A DNA stretch of 64,000 nucleotides from the human T2T-CHM13v2.0 reference genome, Homo sapiens (GCF_009914755.1 NC_060944.1); one strand, 5' to 3'; shown: positions 47,271 to 62,000, numbered from the stretch's first letter. A program made the numbers and translations. The notes: a model not told the origin generated them from the sequence alone.

Positions 47271-49102
47271 AAACAAACCAAAATCAACATCCCCGAGGAA
47301 GAAAATAATGAATGACACCAGACAGACTCGTTTGTTTCATTCAGTGTTTTCTTCAATAAACATTTACCAAAATTTGTTATTTTAGTGGAGGTTGTTGATT
47401 GCCAATATCTACTCCCACCTTCCATTCCTTTTTTTATCTTTTTTTTTTTTTTTTATCAGAACCATTGACTTTGTTCAACTATCCCCCCTTGAAGTGGCTG
47501 TGTTTGAGAGAAGGCTGCTCCATTTCCAAACCCAAGGGCAAGTCTTGACTATCTAAGCCAATCCTCTCAGTGCCATTTCCGTTGCTGTTGATTTGTTTAA
47601 GGCATAAACGTAAGTAGAATTTGAGGCAATGAAATATGAAGTCACCAGAAAGCTTCTAGGAAGGCTATTCTTGCTCTTAAAAAAAATACAGTTAGGGGTC
47701 CTCAAAGGGAGCTAACTTGTAGACCTACTCTACATGAGATAAATGTGGAAATAGCATGGGCTCTTGGATAATGTTGCTGAGGAAATTAATGACTCTAGAC
47801 ATGACCCTACCTCTAGATTTCTAGTTGTATAAGAAAATTATTTCTATATTTTGAGTTACATTGGGCTTTTGGGTTATTTGTAACAAATGTACTTCCTATA
47901 AATGACAGGTCCAGGGCCAGGCATTGAGGATAAGAAATCGTAGGATGTATGCCCTCTATTCATATGATGCTTCCATTTTAATCAGCTGGAAATTGTTATT
48001 TTTTCCCACTTTATTCTACTTCTTTCTCTCTGTGAAGTTAACAAAGTACCCAAGGGGACTGGATCAAGGAAAACATGAGGGCAAACTCAATATGTTGCTC
48101 TCAAAGTGGTCCCTGATCAAATGCTCTGGCCTTGCCAAGAGAATCAGGAGCCCTTGAAGCAAATATGTCTTCTTCCCCAGAAACAAAATTCAAAGTGTGT
48201 GGCCCTGCACTGGTGGGTCAGGAATGCCATCTTCACAGACAAAGGAAAATATATTCTCCTTTATTCCCATTTTTAAAACCCCAATTACGGGCACAATGAG
48301 GATCCATGGAACCCCACGAACACTAATAAAAATAAAGCACTTAGCTCATGCAATCTTGTCTTTTTATTTTCAATATCACTTACAATGTAAGCTTTTTACA
48401 AAATCAAATCCTTTCTCACCAACGATATGATTTTCCCTGAAAAGGCTTTGAAGTATCCCGCCGTTACTACTTCTGTACACAAACATTAGCAGAAGCCCTG
48501 CTAGGCAGGAGGACAAAAATAATTGTTCAGTCTTCATTTTAATTTAACCTTTTGTAAATTCCTACTTTACAAAAGTTCCCCTTGACTTACTGGCATCATA
48601 TTGAGAAAATTTATGAGGTAGTCCATTCTTGTTAAGACAGCAAATCTCCATGAATCTTTTCCCCCATGAAAGACTGTCCTGGACCCTTCACCCCTTTTAA
48701 TTTAGGCATCTTGCTCTCTTTCTTTACCATTTGCATGGGTCCCTTTGTCACCTTAACATTATTGTCTAATGGTTTCTGTACAATTAAGGCATTATGGAGG
48801 TGAACATTAATATGTCTCAGAAAATTTACGAAGGCCATATATCTTGATGTTTGCAAAAGGATGTGCCAGAGATTGGCTAGGAATGCCGGTGCTCAGCTCT
48901 TCCAGCTGATGTAAGGAACGGAGTTCATTATCTGTCATATTGGTAGTAGGACAGAAACAAGACCTTTGGCAGGAAGGTGTGAAAAGGGAATGAGTAGCCA
49001 GCCTGGTGTAAATCAGGAGGGGAAATACAGGTTTAAGCTATTTTAGATCTGGTTTAATAGAAGAGTGACTAAAAAGGTGGGATCAGTATTCACATTGCCC
49101 TG

Positions 49103-49651
49103 TGCGATGATTAATATTGAGTGTCAGCTTAATTGGGTTGAAGGATGCAAAGTATTGTTCCTGGGTGTGTCTGTGAAGGTGTTGCCAAAGGAGATTAACA
49201 TTTGAGTCAGTGGACTGGGAGAGGCAGACCCACCCTCAATCTGGGTGGGCACCATCTAATCAGCTGCCAGCATGGCTAGGATAAAAGCAGGCAGAGGAAC
49301 ATGGAAGGACTAGACTGGCTGAGGCTTCTGACCTCCATCTTCCTCTTATGCTGGATGCTTCCTGCCCTCGACATCAGACTCCAAGTTCTTCAGCTTTTGG
49401 ACTCTCAGATCTACACCAGTGGTTTGCCAGGCACTCTCAGGCCTTTGGCCACAGATTGAAGGCTGTACTGTCAGCTTCACTACTTTGGAGGTTTTGGGAC
49501 TTGGACTGGCTTCCTGGCTCCTCTGCTTGCAGGCAGCCTATTGTGGGACTTGACCTTGTGATTGTGTGAGTCAATATTCCCTAACATGCTCCCTTTTATA
49601 TGTACAGCTGTCCTATTAGTCCTGTCCTTTTAGAGAACCCTGACTAATACA
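49103..49651 (+). mobile_element. MLT2A (HERV-L) solo LTR
   Basis: 'gatgattaatattgagtgtc...gaaggatgcaaagtattgttcctgggtgtgtctgtg...gagaaccctgactaataca'. Confidence 0.92.
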
Positions 49652-50029
49652 CACCATTTTTAGATTCTCACTCATACCCGCTAGCCACCTGCCATTGTTT
49701 TATAGCCTCTCTCTTCTTCAGTTTCTTCATTTGTAAGGTGGAGGTACATTTAGAACACAACCTTAAGTCCATACCATGGCCTACCAGGTTCCCGCGATCT
49801 GGTCCCACCTTGGTCTCAGGCCTCCAGTGCCTTCCTGGCTTTCCTGGAACCCTGGGCTTCCACCACGTTGGTCTCCTTTCCAACTCCGCAGTGTAACGAC
49901 AGCTGCTTCCCACCTCAAGGCCTTTGGCCCTGACATTACTTCCTCTTCCATGAAATACTTCTCCCCAGATGCTCAAGGGTGGGCTCCTTCTCTTCATTTA
50001 TGAACCAGGTTAAATTGGACTTTCTCACA

Positions 50030-50460
50030 TCGTTTCCCAGAGGCAGACTTGAGTAGTTTATTTAGAAGGTGATCCCGGGAATCAGAGGAATAGAGAAGGA
50101 AGGAGAGTTAAGTCAAGGTGATATTGATGAGAAATTGATCACTGCAGACAACTGGAACTCAATTCTGCAGGGAGTTTCTGGGAGACAGTGTGAAACCTCC
50201 TCCGAGTTGTGCTATAAGGGGCTGGGAAGCCGTGATGGTTTTCCACCAATTCCCGTCCTCTGCATGTGGAGGGGCACTCCTGGAGGGGCTCATTATTTGG
50301 CACTTCCAGCCTCTGCTCGTACAGATTGAGCGTGAATCTCGCTGCATTACAGAAGGCTCTATGGCAGAGAGATGCAGGTGCTAGGGGTAGGAAGCTCTCG
50401 AAGCGCAAGGGAACTGCCCAGCAGGGTGCCACTTGGGCGCCATGGGTGTGACAAGGGAAT
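50030..50460 (-). mobile_element. LTR33-like ERVL LTR within L2
   Basis: 'agtagtttatttagaaggtgatccc...caactggaactcaattctg'. Confidence 0.55.
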
Positions 50461-50500
50461 ATGTGCGGGGAGCTGACTGTCCTCTGGAGTCCTCCATTGA

Positions 50501-50965
<465 letters not shown>

Positions 50966-52319
50966 TGAATGTTCTTGAGTGTTTATTTGAGTGTTCTTGA
51001 GTGTTTCTTTAGTGATCAGCAAAAAGGTGATAATCAAAGTATTTAAGCACCTGAAGGGCAGGGTTGTCGATCATCCAAAAGTTCACCCATCCTGCTTTGT
51101 GGTAAGTTTCTGGAAGTAAAATTGCTGTGTCTAAGATACAATGCTTTTAAAGCAGGGCATGCCTTTGTTAGTTACATTTTCGAGAATCTTCATAAACCCA
51201 AACAGTACAGGTTTAAAGTGCAGGCATGGCATCAAATTAAATTCTGAGGATCTCAAATATGAGGGCCTTGGTAATGAACATGAAAAATCCTTTTTTTTTT
51301 TGAAGCTGCATAAGCAAGATGATTTTGAAAGTTTAAAAACGAGTGTGTGTATGTGTTTTGTGTTCCACTAAAAGCCCATTTAAAACCTACTTGAGTGCTT
51401 TTTCATTTAGTTTATAAGTATTCAGAACATCAGAATAAAGCCTCAGGTTTAGGGAAGCCTCTACCCTCTCCAGCTAGGCTGCATGACTAAAAAAAATCAA
51501 AAAAGGAAAATTTTACTTTGACAAATATAATACCTACATTGGGAATATGCAGACAAGTTTTTCCCTAAAAGGTTAACTAGAGACAATAATTACTTTCTCC
51601 AGAGATCACCAAAGTGACATGCTGCTGTCTTGATTTCATTGCTGTTTTGTGATATGCGTTTCTTGCCACTTATAAATGAAACAAATGAGGTTAGATGGCA
51701 AAGATTATGAAAGGAATTAGCAATAATGAGCCTGGGAACAAAAAAACATTATTATAGAAAATTGAGTTGACCTCACTTTCATAATTATTCACTTTAATTT
51801 TTTTTTGTAGTGTAATTTGAATGAAATTAAATAATACTAATATTCCTCCTGCCACTGACAAGGAATTTCATGTAAAGATTAATAACTTTTAAAACTAAAG
51901 ATTTGGCTGCCATCTTAGAGGTCACTGTTGCTATTCCAGGGAGCTTTCTGTCCTCTACATGATCCTGAACCGCCTATGCCAAAACCACAATTTTCTCCTC
52001 AAAGATCTAAGGTCACGTGACTCTGTGGCACAGGAATTGCATCTCCCTCCAACCTCCGTGAGATTCACTTCTCTCCTGAGATTCACTTCTCTTACTTTTC
52101 CCAATTTCTCCATGAGAATGTTCTCAGTAAATCATGCTAATGTGTGATGGAAGCAGACATTTTCAGTTAATTGGGTGGGCACAATTTGAATTTGAAATAT
52201 ATAAATTTTTCATAGGGCACTCCTTGAAGACATCACACTCATTAAGTTGGGGTTTGAAGGTGAGGTGAGTCAATATAGAACTTTCTACTTGTTTGTAATT
52301 TTGGCCAATAGTAACCTGA

Positions 52320-53080
52320 AGATGCACTGAACATGTATCATGTAATAGACACTGAGTCAAGTAGTTCACGTGTGTCATCTAATTTAATTCTCTCTGTGGC
52401 CCTATAAGTACTGTTGTCTTCGTTGTTCTGCAGATACTGCAACTGCAACTCAAATACATTGCAGAGGTCAAAGAAGGGCTGACTCAAGATTTGAACTCTT
52501 ACACCTACCCCCAAACCTGAGCTCTTAGCCAACAAGATGGAATCAAAGCAAGCCAATCAATAGAAATATTGGTGTTGACATCCGATAGTCTGTGATCCAT
52601 CTCTGCTCACTCACTTAATATCTTTGCATGTAACTCTCTCATTTCGAGTTTACACTTAGAAAACTGAAATAATAACAACACCAAACTTACTGAGTTGCAG
52701 TGACTATTAAATGGGGAACATAGTGAAGTACCTTGAACACTGATGAATTACAGTGATGCTCAATAAACGTTGACTTTTCTCCATTACTTATGGACACTTT
52801 TCTTTCTAAGGCTTGGAAAGCATTTAGCACAGTGTGTGGCACAGGGATACCAGTCAGTAATAATATTAGCTAACCGTTTACTGGTACCTACAATGTGCTT
52901 GGCTCCACATTGCATGCTCTGCAGGTGGCATCTCTCTAATCCTCAGCAGTGTCCTGTGCTGATGGTGCCATGTCTGCCCTCATTTTGGAGAGAGTAGCTG
53001 GGTGGTTTCCATCTGGTAAGCAATGGAGTTGGAGTTCAAGCTCAGAATCCAAGCTCTGAGTCAGCGATTTTGCCAGCTGC
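52320..53080. mobile_element. MIR cluster (both orientations)
   Basis: 'atttaattctc...aagatttgaactc', 'aaactgaaataataac...gctcaataaacgtt', 'aatagctaaccgtttactg'-type MIR segments. Confidence 0.65.
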
Positions 53081-53409
53081 TGTGGCTCATCGTGTTGTCA
53101 TTAAATTCGATGAGTCTACCATTGGCTTGTAAATGTCTTTCCATTTCATCACACCTGGAATGATCACTCTCTCTTTCGAACTTCAATGGCTTTTACTGTC
53201 TATCTAAATCAGTAGGTAATAAATCATGGCCTCTAGTTCATTATGGCCTCCCATGCTTTCCTGAAGTGTTTAAATCACTATTGCCTTTGTTTGTTCATTA
53301 ATTTGGTCACCCAGTCACTCAGCAAACATAATTGTGTGTCTGTTATATTCCAGGCACTGTGGGAGATTCTGAGGGTACAGAGGAGAACTGAAGAGACTTG
53401 GTATTCACT

Positions 53410-53580
53410 AAGGGAAGAGCCAAACTTCAAGGCGACTTAAACCTTTATTTGGGGGGTCCTCTTTAGGAAAAGAACATTAAATTACATACACACAGTTAGA
53501 TTCAGGGCCAGGGAGGAGGTCTTGCAAGTGAGGGGTTCTGAAACATAAGCTTCATTAGCTTCGTGGTAAATCCACTACAG
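53410..53580. mobile_element. MER53-like hAT MITE
   Basis: 'tgcaagtgagggg...aagcttcattagcttcgtggtaaatcc'. Confidence 0.65.
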
Positions 53581-54401
53581 GTTTCCACTGTTACGGATCT
53601 TAGAATTCTAGATTCTGCTGTAACCTCGATATAACAGGGAGGTCCTGCAGCCCTGATCACTATCCACAGATTAAGTCAAAACAAAACAGAGCATAAATGT
53701 GACTACAAACCATGAGGGATTATGAAAATCCTTACTGCAGATTTCCCCGAGGGAGCTAATCTAGCAGCCAAAATGACACGGTGTGCCATACCCAAAGATT
53801 CCTAAAAGTCATTTTCCCTAAAACGTCGCTATCTCTCACCCTGAACCTCCCATTACCCTCACCATCCTGCTGCTCTGTTTTCCACTCTGTCCCCGGCCTA
53901 ACACTCTTTAAACCCTGGAAACCCTACCCCTGACTACGTGCGCACCCTAAACTGGTGTGGGCTAGTTTCTACTATGAATGTTTTTGTAGACACTGCTAGA
54001 ATTCACTACAACCTCCTTCACACAGACATGCAGAATTCTGGAGAATTAATTCTCCACTGATCACCCCCCGTTTAAAATTTTTCAGTTTTATGTATCATTT
54101 CCCAAACTAAAGCATAAGAGATTTGATGGCAGAGACTAATTTATAATTTTTCAATTTTCAGCCCAATTGGGACCCCTCCCAGGCCAAATATTTTGAAATT
54201 GAGGTAGTAATTTTAAAATAACAATTATAATGAGGAACAACTGGCAATTCTATTTTAAAAAAATTATTAGCCAGGCTCAAAATTTCATCCTCAGTTTGGT
54301 CATGAAGTTCAGGCTTGGAGCAAAACGAGATTAAAAATAAATAGCAGATGGGAGAAAATTATATGACTGTTAATCTAAATGTTTAGCATGTTGGACCCAA
54401 G

Positions 54402-54600
54402 CAGTGATTCTCAACCCAGAGGACACATGGCAATGTCTGGACACATTTTTGGTCATCAAAACTAGGGAAGGAGGGTGCTACTGGCACTAGTGGGTTGAGG
54501 TCAGCGTTGCTGCTAAGCATCCTACAGTGCTCAGGGAAGGCCCACGACAGAGAGTTAGCTGGCCCCAAACATCAATCATGTTGAAGTTTTTAGATCCTGA
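54402..54600 (+). mobile_element. MER20
   Basis: 'cagtgattctcaacc...ggcaatgtctggacacattttt...gctgctaagcatcctacagtgc'. Confidence 0.85.
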
Positions 54601-56620
54601 ACCAGAGAACTCACAGAAACAAGCCTTACACCAAGTAACTAATTAGCCAGTTACATAAACAACTCATCAGTTAACTAACCAACTAATTAATGATATGGAT
54701 CTCTTTTGACTGAATTGACTCAAGTTTTCTCCCAATTAATAACTAGTCAATTGATGAGTAAAATAACCACATTTTATAAAGTTGGCCTCTTTGTTTAGTT
54801 TGTTTATGCATGAAGCGTGCATGACTGTGTGTGTATGTGTGCATGTGCACAGTGATAGTGTATGGCAAAGTAATCACTTCTTTTCCTTATCCTGAAATGT
54901 CCTGCATGTTTATATATCAGGCATAAGGTTGGACTGACTGTAAATGGATGATCTGGCTTAATCTCACTACAACACTGTAAGTGGGATTAACCCCACTCAA
55001 AGATGATAACCTGTGGTTTAAAGATCAGTAACTTGTCAAAGATAACATGAGCCCTGGTAGGTGAGAGAGACATATCTCAGTCTAGGCTGTCTCAGCCCCA
55101 AAGCCCATCCTCTTAGCTAGGATCTCTGAACTATCACTTATTCCACACCCTCTTCAATGATTTTTGCATATCCATGAGATACCTGCATTATTATTTTTCT
55201 GATTTTTAAAAATTTAAATAAATTTAACCTTACTCTCAACAGTAACGGCCTGGAATCATGGGTTCAGCACCCTAGCATACTTTATATTTCTAATAAATTT
55301 TGAGGAATCACTGCTTTAACACCACAATGTTAAGCCACCCCTCGCCTATTTCAAAATGGGTTTTTAATGATCAAGCACTATATAAGTGGAAATTATTGTA
55401 ATAATTGATTAGTTAATCCACGTGAGGGCCACAAAGTACTCTCTAGAAGAAGTTCTGAGTGGCCAAATTAAGGTAAGATCAGCAAAATAAAGAGTGCTGA
55501 TAAAGAAAAAGGATTAAAGGAAAATGCTTCTAAGGAGCTCCTGTGATTAAATGCAATCGAAGGAGAACTCATGGGTTAACTCATTTCTGCCGAGCGCAGT
55601 TACATAGTGCTCAGTTTGATAAAGGACCCTGCAGTAGCTTTCAAATGGAGAAATGGGAATTAGTGGCATTCCCTCTCCAATTACTAATTTTACAGAAATG
55701 CAAACAGCTCAGCAAAGGGAACACATTGTCCGTTCCAAGGCTTTCCGTGAACAAATACATTTGATATTTGAGACAGCACCCTGTATGAAATAGGCCCTGA
55801 TTTTCAATATACCCTTGAATTCTTTTATCTTGTTGTCAATAGGTTTAATAATTGATTGTGGGGAAAACACAATAGGGTAAGAAAAATACCAGGGTTATCT
55901 CAAGAGTTCTGGAGGAATGATTTGTGTCAAATTAGGTGGGTAGTTTTTTATTTTTATTTTTTATTTTTCCAATTATATACAGTGCCATTCACAAGCTAAA
56001 TTCTCACTGATTTAACCTCTTTCTTCTCTGTTCCATTTAGCTGGAATAAACCCCTGTGGCCAATCTTCTATGAATGAAATTGTCCATCTTTCCTAGGAAT
56101 GAGTCAATCTGTGTATTTGTGAATTTCAAATATAAGTGTGACTACTATGGTAGAAGGAAATAGCTGTCAGAATAAAGAGAAAAGGAGATGGATTTTCCAC
56201 CTTGTCATGATTAACACACTTTCTCAGTCGTTCTTGGCCAGCATTTGCAAATAGTGACTGTTGTGGCTAATTGGAGTATTCCTTGCAGTTTTCTCATGTC
56301 AGCTTATACGAGCCAACATAAAGAAATACCTTTGTGGACTAGATGCAGTCATCTCACGCTTTACAGTCTCCATCGTTTTGATCCCCCCAATAGCCCTGTG
56401 AAGTAGGAAAGAGGTGTGTCTTGGATTCCCACAGTGTCTTGGATAGCTTTGTTATGGTACCTACTGCATTATACCGAAATTTAGTATTTATTGTGTGCTT
56501 TCCCAACAGCACTGTGACCTTTTGCAAAGTGACCTTCCTTAGGGCTTTAAACATAGTAGGCATTCGATAAACCTTCACTAAGTAAATGTGTTGTTCTCTC
56601 TCTGAACTGTGTTTCTAGAG

Positions 56621-56835
56621 CAGTGGTTTTCAACAGCGGTGGTGTTGTCCTCAGGGGATATCTGGCAATGTCTGAAGACCTTTGGCTGAGGTGGGGGTGG
56701 GGTACTGGTGGCATCCAGTGGGTGGAGGCCAGGGATGTTGCTAAACATCCTACAGTACACAAGACAGTCCTTCATGCAAAGAATTATCCCACCCCAAATC
56801 CAAATGTCAATAGCGCCGAAAGAGAAAGCCTGCTT
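56621..56835 (+). mobile_element. MER20
   Basis: 'cagtggttttcaac...tggcatccagtgggtggaggccagggatgttgctaaacatcctac'. Confidence 0.85.
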
Positions 56836-57278
56836 TAGAGGTATCTAATACACACCCAAAATGGGAGATGAATTTCCTGTGACACTCATAAAACATTAGG
56901 GTCTCACCCACTGGCATCAGCCCTTCTAAAGCTCTGGGAGGGGCCATATGATTTTGCCCAATTTGCAAATGTAGGTGGCTACAGGAAGCTTTTGGACCTG
57001 TCTAAGGGGATGCCCTAGAATTTATTTGGTTTGTCTCATGTGGAACACACATATGGGGTTTTAGGTGACTTTGCGTACAGTAAAGTTACTGCTCACTTTA
57101 CTGGTGTAGGAATGACTTCCAGAATATTCTTAATGCTCACTTTGCCATCTCTCCCAGCGGATGGTGATACAAAGGTGAAGGCCAGAGGCTCTGTAGGGCT
57201 ACGTGTGTTTTCTAGGCACTTAACACTCAATGTAAGTGGGTAGTGGAGGAGACACAAAGTTAAAAATATAGGGAGCCA

Positions 57279-57600
<322 letters not shown>

Positions 57601-57698
57601 CTAGTTTGCGGGAAGTTTTTCCATTCACCAAATGTGTAAACTGAAGTGACGGATGGATTTCCCATTGATGCCATGGCAAAATAGAATTTCTTTCCTGT

Positions 57699-57913
57699 GA
57701 GAACACATGGACACATGCAAGGGAACAGCAGACACCGGGGCCTACCAGAGCGTGAAGAGTGGGAGGAGGGAGAGGATCGGGAAAAATAACTAATGGGTAC
57801 GAGGCGTAATGCCTGAGTAATGAAATCATCTGTACAATAAACCCCTGTGACATGAGTTTACCTACATAACAAAGCTGCACATGTACCCCTGAACTTAAAA
57901 GTAAAAAAAAAAG
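57699..57913 (+). mobile_element. L1PA13-16-like 3' end
   Basis: 'gagaacacatggacac...catgtacccctgaacttaaaa'; TSD atttctttcctgt on both sides. Confidence 0.9.
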
Positions 57914-58039
57914 ATTTCTTTCCTGTCTGAAATACAGTTGATAATACAGTGTATACAATTATGAAAGCACCACATATTTTTCTGTTTTTTAAAAAATAAG
58001 CCGAAGAAAATGTGCCAGAATTCCTGAATCGTAGGGCAT

Positions 58040-58480
58040 GAACCTGTGGCAGCAGTGGGAAGGCAAGTACATCTGTCTATGAAGTTACATGTTCTACGTA
58101 TACCAATTATCAATAATATGAAACCAATTTTAATTAACCATGTTAGAGGAAGGTCTGAATTTCTTTACTATTTCTTATGAAAAATATACAAAAAGTATCA
58201 TAAGAAAAGATTATCAAATTTTAGCTGACGTAAAATGTGGAAAAGAGATCTATTATGGAGTTATATCAGGCAGTTAACTAATACAAACTGTTGTGTTTTT
58301 TTTTTTGAATCTTGTGATGCTAGTGGTATTTTCAGTTTTTAGTACTTGCAATTTGTTAAGATTTTATTTTAACTCTAAATACATGTACACTTCTGTACTG
58401 AATTTTATATTCTTGTGTTATTGTGCTTAATTAGAGGTTCCAAATTGTATAAGCTCCAGGAGCTGCAGACGGGTATCCTC
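58040..58480. mobile_element. Zaphod-like hAT-Tip100 fragment
   Basis: 'ccatgttagaggaaggtctgaatt' and 'ccaaattgtataagctccagg'. Confidence 0.55.
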
Positions 58481-58659
58481 TGGATGACTCACACACTTTG
58501 ATCACCAGAGTAGACCTTTCCTGCAAGCTCCTTTGAGTGTTAGACTCATATTAAATCACCTTGACATCAGCTCTGGGATACCTCAGAGACATCTCCAAAC
58601 TCAGTATGTCCAAAGTCAGTCTTATCATAAACTCCCCCTGCCTCATCCAGGAGATAATA

Positions 58660-59205
<546 letters not shown>

Positions 59206-59382
59206 GAGGTTGACCCAAAGATAGCAGATCCTAATATATGGGACCCATAGATGTTATCTTATTTGGAAAAAGAGTCTTTGCAGATGTGATTAAGAATCAT
59301 GAGATGGGGAGATAACCCTGGATTACCCAGGTGTGCCCTAAATGCCATCGCAAGTGTCTTTATGAGAGAGTGATAGAGGGAA

Positions 59383-59425
<43 letters not shown>

Positions 59426-59650
59426 AAGGCAATGTGAAGATGGAGGCAGAGATTTGTTATCTGATCACAAACTCTGGAACTGCAGCAGGTAGGGAATATA
59501 TGCTTACTTGAGACCTCTGGAGGGAGTGTGACCCTGCCAACACCTTCAGGTCAGCCTTTTCCTCCAGAACTATGGGAGAATAAATTTATTTTAGTTTAAG
59601 ACACGAAGTGTGTGGGAAATTGTTACAGCAGCCACGGGCGACAAATACAG
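59206..59650 (+). mobile_element. MLT1D/E LTR containing (CA)n at 59386-59422
   Basis: 'atttggaaaaagagtctttgcagatgtgattaag...gaaattgttacagcagccacggg'. Confidence 0.8.
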
Positions 59651-60764
59651 AAAGAATTCGTATCTTTTTCGTTGCATGTATTTCTCTGTGATTCTTCTCA
59701 CTCTTGCGATGGTAAGAAATTAATGGTCTAGATTAGGATTGGCTATTGAGGAAAGGGATTGAGAGAAGCTGTGGACTTATCTTCCTATGGGGTTTTGGGT
59801 CTAAACTCTTGAATAAAGAGTACATTTGCTTAGAGAATTCTGATGCTGGTAATCACTACTTGAGAACCTAATAAAATTTAGGGTAGGTGGATTCAGGGCC
59901 CTGGGTATCTTTAATGTCTCCCATATCAATAAGATCTCCTGCATATAGAGAGTCAGTTATTGAACAATTCCAAATTTTAGGATCATAGGTGACAAATCAG
60001 ATAGAATGTTCAGTCTTCATTACGGTGAGTGGGGTTGGGGAAGTGATGTTTGGGTGGAGAACCAAATAAGATGAGAAAGCAAACTTAGAGGAAGTGAGTT
60101 TCAGGCAGAGGAGACTGTAGCCACAAAGGCCCTGAGTCTGGAACTATTTTGGCTTATTTAAGGAATATCAAGAAGTCCAAAATAGTTGCAGTTCAATGAT
60201 GATGTTATATTATTTGGTGCAGGTAGGTTTATGATTATAGTGTCTTCTTTGGAAAATATGTCTTTTACTATTACATTATATTCCTCCTTATTCTTTTATT
60301 TAATTCTAAATTCTATCTTGTTTGATGTTAACATTGATTTCCTGTGTTGTATATCTTTGCCCATATCTTTATTTCCCAATTTTTGCAAAAAATTAGTTTG
60401 TTAAAATTGTGTTTTTTGGTAAATAACAGAATAACAAATATCTAAGGTAAATTATGTTTCATTTCTCCTATTTGAGAGGTGTAATAATGTGAATTTTATT
60501 TAGAAATATTTTCATCAAAATTTCTAATGTGGACATGCCTTGGTGCTAAGCAGACACTTCCATTATCTGAACATAACTTGCATATACAAAATAACTCATT
60601 TCCGATGAGTTTCAGTAATTGAGGTATTATTGCACATGTCATTCAACATCTTGAAATTTTAGTATCTCTACATGCATGAGCTTTTAAAAATAAAGTCATG
60701 GCTCTATTGGGCCACAAAGAATACACTTAAAATTTACAATGTCAGCAAAAATTACTAATTTATT

Positions 60765-60815
60765 TATTTATTTTTTTGAGATGGAGTCTCGCTCTGTTGC
60801 CCAGGCTGGAGTGCA
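60765..60815 (-). mobile_element. Extremely 5'-truncated Alu (about 38 nt body plus tail)
   Basis: 'tttttttgagatggagtctcgctctgttgcccaggctggagtgca' between copies of aaaaattactaatttattt. Confidence 0.88.
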
Positions 60816-60929
60816 AAAAATTACTAATTTATTTAACTAATAACAATGTTGTTTTTTATTTATGCCTATAGTCACACCATCAGTATGGCATATGTTTGAA
60901 TTGTTCCAATAGTGCAGATGGAGTTACTG

Positions 60930-61116
60930 TGATTTAGCAAGACTTTCTCAACTGCACTTATGACCAATATGATGCTCTTGGGAGGGGCCCAGATGTGGTC
61001 TAGATGGTCTGTGTCTGTAGGAAGGAAGTATCAAGTTTCAGCCCATAAGGGAATTGAACCCCTGACCGTGGCCTTATTAGCACCATGTTCTAGCCAACTG
61101 TGCTTGCTAATTGGTC
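60930..61116 (-). mobile_element. tRNA-Ile(AAT)-derived SINE, probably MamSINE1 (not a functional tRNA)
   Basis: Reverse complement of 61040-61116 aligns with tRNA-Ile-AAT (cagttggctagaacatggtgctAATaaggcc...ggttcaattccc), followed by a MamSINE1-like body 'cacagac...ttggtcataag'. Confidence 0.75.
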
Positions 61117-61729
61117 ACACATGGCAAAAATTTTGGAGAGAAGGAAAAGATGTCAGAACACAGGATCCTTGGTTTTAACATGTTTGTTTCGGTCTGATAA
61201 AAAAAATCCTTAGATTTGGGGTCAGATCTAGCTTGGTTTGAGTATCAGCTCCCTCTCCTTGGTTTTCTCTTTGAACAATGAGGATAATGAGGCCAATTTT
61301 GGAAGATTTTTTTTTAAATGTCGGCGTAAGTAAAATAATTTACGTGGGAATACCTAGCATATAATGCAGCACAAAGTAGTTATTCAATACATATTCTTTT
61401 ATAGTTTGGTTTAAATCATTTCGAGGTAAACTGATGATGCAGAAAATCACAACACTTCTCCCTCACTTAGATTATACCCCCTCTCTTTCCACCTTCTGTC
61501 ACCTTCAGTGATACAACTAACATGCTAAGGCACCATTCAGTTGCAAAGTGGTTATATTTATGCAATAAAAATAAATGCAAGGCAGAGGAGAGCCACATTA
61601 CTCAAGAGTTTTTAGTCTGTTTCGTCCTGGCTTGAGCACACTGAGATGAGGTGAATTCAGCACTCCAACCCTCCCAGGCAGGGGAAGCCTCGAGAGAAGG
61701 CAGCAGAGGATCCAAGAGAGCAAGTCTTC

Positions 61730-61930
61730 AAGACTGACCACTGGGTTTTAAGTCCTCACTCTGTAGCTGTGCAGCCTTGGGGCAAGCATGTAACCTCTCA
61801 AACCCTTGGTTTTCTCATCTGTAAAATGGGGATCGTTACCGTTACTACCCCAGAAGATTTTGTGAGATGAAGTGAGATAAGACCGGTGAGTAATTTAACC
61901 AGACATATGGGAAGTGTTCAAAAGTGCTCA
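61730..61930 (+). mobile_element. MIR
   Basis: 'gccttggggcaagcatgtaacctctc...ttttctcatctgtaaaatgggg'. Confidence 0.85.
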
Positions 61931-62000
61931 GGGGAAGGTCATGTGTCTCATCTGCATACCATGCACTTTATGACCAGGGCTGCCTTTTTTAACTTCTCTG

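Noticed and set aside
52060-52094. 18-bp tandem duplication (similar small ones at 29255-29315 and 50965-51010)
   Set aside because: Ordinary slippage duplications; two copies without spacers, so not CRISPR-like
61040-61116. Functional tRNA-Ile gene
   Set aside because: Broken acceptor stem, an insertion, and a SINE body instead of a terminator
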